Source: Balamuthia mandrillaris
Taxonomy: Eukaryota
Assembly: GCA_031835245.2 (NCBI GenBank)
Contig: JAVKOQ020000079.1
Coordinates: 176,321-196,320 of the forward strand
Direction: 5' to 3'
DNA length: 20,000 nt
Below the pieces are notes generated by a model. The model searched no databases. It saw only the letters and a list, made by a program, of their open reading frames with translations, and was not told the DNA's origin. Shown here piece after piece: positions 17,512 through 20,000 of the stretch; the first letter of the stretch is position 1; each line of letters starts with the position of its first letter. Made by a program: the position numbers and the translations under genes.

Positions 17512-20000
17512 CATAAGACAACAACAACCACAATCAGTAAGTAATGGAATGAGAAATCACAAAGGCATAACACTGCAAACAAACACCAAAAAGATAGCGC
17601 TCCGATGGAGCGCTAAACAATCAACACCAAAAGACAATCAAAAAACAATGAATAGTAAAAACACAAAACTGGAGTTAAAAAGCTGCCGCTCCGACGGAGC
17701 GCTACTGCATAAGGATAGAATTGCAACCAAAACAGCCAAAAAGAAAAAAACACAAAGAGGAAAAGGACAAACAATCCAACAAACAAACTCCAACCAACAG
17801 ACAAAATGAAATATAATACATACATCCCAACACGTCGATCAGAATGGAATCATCACTCTCTTCATCCACTGCAACTGCTGATGGAGCTGTCTTGGGCATA
17901 TTTGTCTTGCTTTTGTTATTTCCACCACCACCACCACCACCACCACCACGTGGTGTATCTGTATGCATGCATGCATGCAAGTGAGATGCGATGCATTTGT
18001 GTGTTGTTATTGTGCAAAGAAAGGACGGATATAAGCAAGTAATAACAAAAAGAAAAAAAGAAAAAAAAAACGAGTAGGAGTAGTGGATGTTGTGGTTGTT
18101 GTAGTAACCACCAAACATGAGCACCTCTTACCTGTTGCAGGAGTGATATCAACACTCATGAGACTGGCAATCTCATCATCATCATCATCATCAGCATCAG
18201 CATCATCATTCTCTGAGGAGCTGCTATTGCTACTGCTGCTGCTGATACTAGGAGCAGTAGACTTGGTAGAAGCTGTAGGCTTCTTTTTCTTCTTGGATTT
18301 TTCCTCTTCCTGCTCTGACTCCTCTGACTTATCTGCCGCCTCTGACTCCTCCGACTTGGTGGTGGTCTTCTTTTTCTTCTTTTTCTGCTGTTGCTTTTGC
18401 TTCTGCTTCTGTTTCTGTTTCTGCTTCTGCTTCTGCTTTTGCTTCTGCTTTTGCTTCTTTTTCTTTTCTTTCAGCAGCACATCATCATCTGCTTTCCGTG
18501 GCTTCTTGCTTGTTGCAGGAGAAGAAGAGGCAGCAGAGGATGACATAGCTCTTGGGCGCTTTGTTGAGCTTGGTTTTTGCTGCTTTCTTTTTGCTGCTAT
18601 TGCTGCTGTTGCTGCTGCTGCTATGTCCATTTTGTCTACAAACTCACCAACTGATGTAGCATTTGCATCATCATCACCACCACCACCACCACCACCACCA
18701 CCCAGACGACTGCCATCATCAAGACTAAACTCTGCATCATTCAAACTACTACTCTGGTGGTCCACAGCAGCAAAAGAGCGAAGGTCAGGCCCAAAAAACT
18801 CTGTCAAGTCAATGCAGGGGCTGGCATCAACAGAGATATCTTGCTGCAGCTCACTGCTCTTCTGAGCCAGCTTGTCCATGGCTTTTTGGTGCCTAACCGA
18901 ATGGCGTTTGGCGCGATGCTTCTCCCTCTTCATTTCTGTAGTGCCGACTTTGGTAGAGGCTGTATGGATGGGCTGCCACGTTTTGTCTTCCAATTGATCC
19001 ACATATTGTAAATCCCTGGAGAGTAACAGAAAGAGAAAAAGAGAGAGAGAGAAAGAGAGAAAGAGAGAGAGAGAAATAAAGAGGAAAAGAGAAAAAGAAA
19101 AGTGAAAAAGTGGTGAGTTGTTGCTATGAAACAAACAAACAAACAAACAAACAAATAAAAAAACGACTTACCAATCAGCTGCGAGTGGTGATATAGCATC
19201 CAGCTCAGGCAAATCTTTGACATGCACAATAGCAGCTGCATCGGATAACTGGCCTGCTGGCATGTTAACTGTAGCAGAGCTGCTAGCTGTACTCTTGTTC
19301 TTGCTTTTGGTGCTGCTGCTGCTGCTTTTGCTTCGTCTTCGCTCAGGTTTTTTGGATTTTTCCACTGCGATGTGCGGCCACACTCGCTCCAGCTGAGAAC
19401 GAACCGGATGATGAATGCGTGTCTTCCAGACCTTTCTGTCCAAAGGATCCAACTCCAGCAGAGTATTCTGTTGTTGCGCTTCCTTCATCAAGCAGCGACG
19501 AACAGCGAGCACCAACCGCCTAACATCCTCCAAAGGTCCAGAAAGGTTGATGCTGGTAGAAATGCGCATGCCTTTCAAGGATTTCAGACTGGCAAAGTTC
19601 AACGCGTTCTCTGCCAAGGCTTCTTGCACCGTAAAGGGAGGACAATAATGGGTCAGCTTTATACGGTAGAGGAACAACTTTTCCTTGGCGGAATGCTGCT
19701 TATCTACTATCGCTTCCTTTTGGGCCGCTTGCTCTAATTGCTGGTGATCCAGTGGGGGATGTAAGAAGGCCTCTGGATCTTCCTCCATCATCGCTTCTTC
19801 TTCTTCTTCTTCTTCTTCTTCTTCTTGTTGCTCTTCGTCTTCATCTTCCTCTTCCTCTTCTTCTGACATCCTCTCTTGTTGTCCTTTCATTCGATGACGG
19901 CTTGTTGTTGCCTTTGGGGGAGTAGCTGACATAAGGGCATCTGCCAAAGACGACTCATGTAACCATTCTTGGCTCAACGGTGGCAAGCGAGTATTTTCCT
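16708..20000 (-). CDS. Large, highly charged low-complexity protein of unknown function, 5'-truncated by the window edge; >=5 exons
   Basis: Phase-consistent model: >20000-19172, 19015-18132, 17958-17824, 17464-16999 and (tentative) 16786-16708. Donors GTAAGT, GTAAGA, GTATGT, GTGATC. Contains poly-E, (KQ)n, poly-K NLS-like and poly-S tracts, plus one globular-looking segment (LFLYRIKLTHYCPPFTVQEAL...LERVWPHIAVEKS). Confidence 0.6.
17588..17704. repeat. Two imperfect 28-bp direct repeats, each containing a GC-rich palindrome
   Basis: AAAAAGATAGCGCTCCGATGGAGCGCTA (17588-17615) and AAAAAGCTGCCGCTCCGACGGAGCGCTA (17677-17704), 24/28 identical. Palindromes TAGCGCTCC-gat-GGAGCGCTA and CGCTCCG-a-CGGAGCG. 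Confidence 0.85.

Larger units (their letters stand above)
12190..20000 (-). mobile_element. Candidate tyrosine-recombinase DNA element (Crypton-like) or domesticated derivative; the far end lies outside the window
   Basis: Intact intron-containing YR gene with no reverse transcriptase or RNase H in the window. Abrupt rise in microsatellite density and intron length relative to 1-12 kb, and a second co-oriented unknown gene. Boundaries are inferred, not demonstrated. Confidence 0.5.

Noticed and set aside
15478..18865. Long plus-strand ORFs (15478-16251, 17005-17544, 18083-18865)
   Set aside because: Antisense shadows of triplet-repeat-rich minus-strand exons, with no domain-like content.
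12328..20000. DIRS/Ngaro-type retrotransposon interpretation of the YR gene
   Set aside because: No reverse transcriptase, RNase H or gag motifs are visible in the window and the YR gene has spliceosomal introns. It cannot be fully excluded beyond the window edge.

Overview
Compact, intron-rich eukaryotic DNA; an amoebozoan-like protist is inferred from the gene style and an ABP34-type actin-bundling homologue. Bases 1-11.9 kb hold eight closely packed genes: an FHA-domain protein, an F-box/WD40 protein, a stand-alone SH3 mini-protein, a secreted ELWxxDGT-repeat protein, a 34-kDa actin-bundling-family protein, glyoxalase I, a membrane-anchored zeta-toxin-like P-loop kinase and a Cys-rich F-box protein. 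From ~12.3 kb to the window end the sequence becomes very rich in microsatellites. This part carries a spliced minus-strand gene that joins an intact tyrosine recombinase (R-K-HxxR-W-Y catalytic set) to a C-terminal telobox-like Myb/SANT domain, with a second co-oriented gene of unknown function upstream. The recombinase-Myb gene ends ~140 bp from a short TTAGGG tract. The best candidate for a new system is a Crypton-like DNA element, or a domesticated derivative, whose integrase carries its own Myb DNA-binding module and may target telomere-like repeats. All gene models were built by hand from splice sites and reading-frame phase; no database search was run.
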